From Selaginella moellendorffii (taxonomy: Eukaryota > Plantae > Lycopodiophyta): a DNA stretch of 64,000 nt. Below, piece after piece: positions 61,285-64,000 of the stretch (positions within the stretch are counted from its first letter, which is position 1; every line of letters begins with the position of its first letter). A model generated the notes under the pieces. The model made no database searches. It saw only the letters and a list, made by a program, of their open reading frames with translations, and was not told the origin of the DNA. The translations under genes and the position numbers were made by a program. The stretch is taken from assembly GCF_000143415.4 (NCBI RefSeq), contig NW_003314344.1, positions 318,336 to 382,335 of the forward strand, written 5' to 3'.

Positions 61285-64000
61285 TGTAGCGCATGTGATT
61301 TTGACCCTTTATCCTATGGTGATTTACCATAGGATAACACTACGAAGCTGAATCTAAACCCTCTTTGTGCCACATGACAGATGCCACGTGTCCAAAGAAA
61401 CGTGGTGTGGAACCTAAGGTTCAAGGCCTTGGGCCACTGAATAAAGGAATGGTGCCAAAATCCTAAGCATGGAGCCAAGGAGTGATGGAATCGAACCACG
61501 GAGCAACTCCCGAGCATATAGCCTATGGAGCAACCAGCATCCCAATGCCAGGACTAGCACGGAAAATGGAGCCAAATGGAGTCTAGTGCTATTTCGGCAT
61601 ACCGGTGGCTTAACGTGAGGATATGGGTACTCCACCAGCTAGCATGGAATGGAACTTGGGCTTAGACCCAAGCCAGACGTTGAACAAGGACAGGCACGCA
61701 AGCGAGAACTAGACTATGCCTCAGGTTGGTCAGCCATACCCGACCTACCCACTATCCCTACTATACATTTGGAAGCCCCCACAGCCCCCCCCCCCCCCCC
61801 CNNNNNNNNNNNNNNNNNNNNNNNNNNNNNNNNNNNNNNNNNNNNNNNNNNNNNNNNNNNNNNNNNNNNNNNNNNNNNNNNNNNNNNNNNNNNNNNNNNN
61901 NGCCTACAAGTGCATAGAGAGAAAAGCCAGAGGCCCCAACCCTCCTGAGCAAAGAAACCAAACCCATCAGTAAGGTTTAGATAGACTACTGTAAATAGGC
62001 AGTTAGAGTTGTTTACACGGTCATGCCCTTTCAACGGAATAAGGAACATCGACAGAGAGGTGGGTGATGTGATCAGTCGACAGTAGCTACCTCATGACTA
62101 GAGATTTCAACATGCACACGAAGTGCCGAAGCCAGTCTGCCTATACTGGCCCAAACTCAAAGATCAAGATATGGACAATATCAAAGTCATAGACAATGAT
62201 GTCTTAGAGACTTAATTATCAGTGAATATACCTTAGAGTAGAACACAAAAGTATTCTAAGTAAGTTATCATCCAATAAACTAGTATTATAGGATAGGAAC
62301 CACCAAGATCACTATCATTAGAAAACATAGGATTCACCACCCAACAAAATTCAATAACAAGTATATCATCAAGTACACTCAATGAGAAAACTTAACTACC
62401 GAAGATTGTAGACAATATGCTAAACAACTTACCAAAGATAACTCAAAGAACACCAAGTATCAATGACTAGCAAGCAAAATGTTCGCGAATGTATCACTCG
62501 AAGGAAATAACATCCCAACCTATCAGAACTACCTTGAGCAATAATCAACAGAATAGAATGAATGAAGTAAAACTAACAAACACTCATTCATGTCAACTAT
62601 CACAAAAGCCAATCTGAATAGATTCCAGTCAACAATACCAAAGAACCAAAGTTGCTCAAGCAAGCGTTAGCAACATCCTACTAATGTCTCAAACCCAAGA
62701 GATCAATCCAAAGCAAACCACAAAGAACATGTGGTATTGCAAAGAGCCATAAGCCATCAAAGAGAATAACTAACCATCATGAAAGATCATCAATCATCCC
62801 ATCAAAAAGAGATATGCAGAATCATTGTCTAAGAAGGAATTCACCATCCCGAAGAATAGCAAATCAATCTAGATCAACGATAATCAAGCAAAACCTTTGA
62901 CAAAGATAATCAATTATCCTAGATGATAATCAATCATCACCAATGATTGCTAAATGCAAATACTAATTTTAATATCGAAGCTAGGAGCCAAAATGCCTTC
63001 CCCAACAACTTCTAACAAATGGAACAATGAGCATAAAACTCAAAGAACCAAAAGCTTGAAGAAGCCTATAGCCAAGTCTTGCCTAATAATGATCACGAGT
63101 CTCATAAAAACTAACTTCAATGCTAAAAAAGAAATCGTGATGCAACCCACAATATCTTCCTCAACATATCTATAAGCCAAACTTCATAATGCCAAAGCTA
63201 ATGAAGAGCATTTCTGCATCAATCTAAAAGCTAAACACAATAAAGCTATGCCCAACAAGTGATCACTAAACAATCCTCCATGAATCCATTTACAACAACA
63301 TGTAACTCACTTTATAACAAGCACAAAAAGAATCATCAACAATCGATATATCCCGAACTCAAATCTAATAAAGACTCAAACATTCTAATATCGATCACTA
63401 ACTCTTCCACTTGCAAAGTTAGTAAAATCACTTTTCAAGGAAAAGCCAAAGCTCAACCCTTACTAAATAATCTCGTCTAAAACACAACTAACTTAAACTT
63501 GCCACTCAGCTCATTGAACATCAATACAATTGCTAATTAGCAATGCACGAATGCTAATAACACAAAGCGAAATCCAAATCATCAACACTATTTGCATCAA
63601 GACCAATGAAACTCAATATCAATCCTAAGGAAAAACATCTCATTTCACTCGAATCTCAATATTAATATTGTCAATGACAAGGCATTACTTCAATACCATC
63701 AACACTAGGACAAAGCTAGAAGAAAGCAAGAATGAATCACCACTCAAAACTCTCCAGCAACCAAGCTAACCAAAATTGAAGATACCTTAGTTAGTATCCG
63801 AAACCAATCCTTCAGCAATACTCAGTTTCAGATAACACATCATCAAGGAGTGATTCACCACATCCACGACTCAATGAAATCCAACACTACAGACTAAATG
63901 TAACCAAATGATATCAACAGAGGTAGAGTCGATATGCCAACATGAAAAACTCATGTAAGTCTAACGACACGATCCTCCGCAACACCATCCGGTAAAGCAA
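61285..64000 (-). mobile_element. Second related gypsy element (3' LTR and 3' region) nested in the RT of the first; runs off the window
   Basis: RT is cut at 61285 by an LTR-like end (minus strand ...GCTACA); 61500-61800 and 61902-62160 are diverged copies of 58150-58450 and 58925-59180. Confidence 0.65.
61802..61901. other. Assembly gap (100 N) after a poly-C run
   Basis: N characters in the sequence. Confidence 1.

Noticed and set aside
58150-62160. Repeats at about 58.2-59.2 kb and 61.5-62.2 kb read as the two LTRs of one element
   Set aside because: They are too diverged, homology extends into internal 3' sequence, and RT is cut mid-domain with no gag between them; a nested related element fits better.

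Overview
Gene-dense plant nuclear DNA with very short introns (about 45-60 nt) and many intronless PLS-class PPR genes; the style is most consistent with the lycophyte Selaginella (inferred, not proven). Intact genes in order: beta-expansin, FORKED/VAN3-binding (DUF828+PH) gene, ABCG half-transporter, BAHD acyltransferase 1, PPR, BAHD acyltransferase 2, CYP71-clan P450, a conserved uncharacterised protein with possible Rad52/ERF-like features, PPR, MOR1, a putative G2/M D-box protein, a secreted jacalin-aerolysin (natterin/Dln1-like) protein, MRS2, an OSB-PDF-motif/PPR fusion, a PebA-type bilin reductase (PUBS-like) and NFXL2. Decayed Ty1/copia elements occupy about 13.5-22.7 kb and Ty3/gypsy elements occupy 56-64 kb, with a 100-N gap at 61802-61901. 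Most notable: (1) a head-to-head pair of fungal-type PD-(D/E)xK nuclease-like genes, one fused to a PHD finger (11.3-13.1 kb); (2) the OSB ssDNA-binding motif spliced onto a PPR array; (3) a candidate BAHD-BAHD-CYP(-ABCG) metabolic cluster with inverted BAHD fragments; (4) the secreted pore-forming-toxin-like gene; (5) a 10-copy single-strand W-box array; (6) PPR genes ending only 10-25 nt upstream of the next same-strand gene. All homology calls are from recalled motifs; no searches were run.
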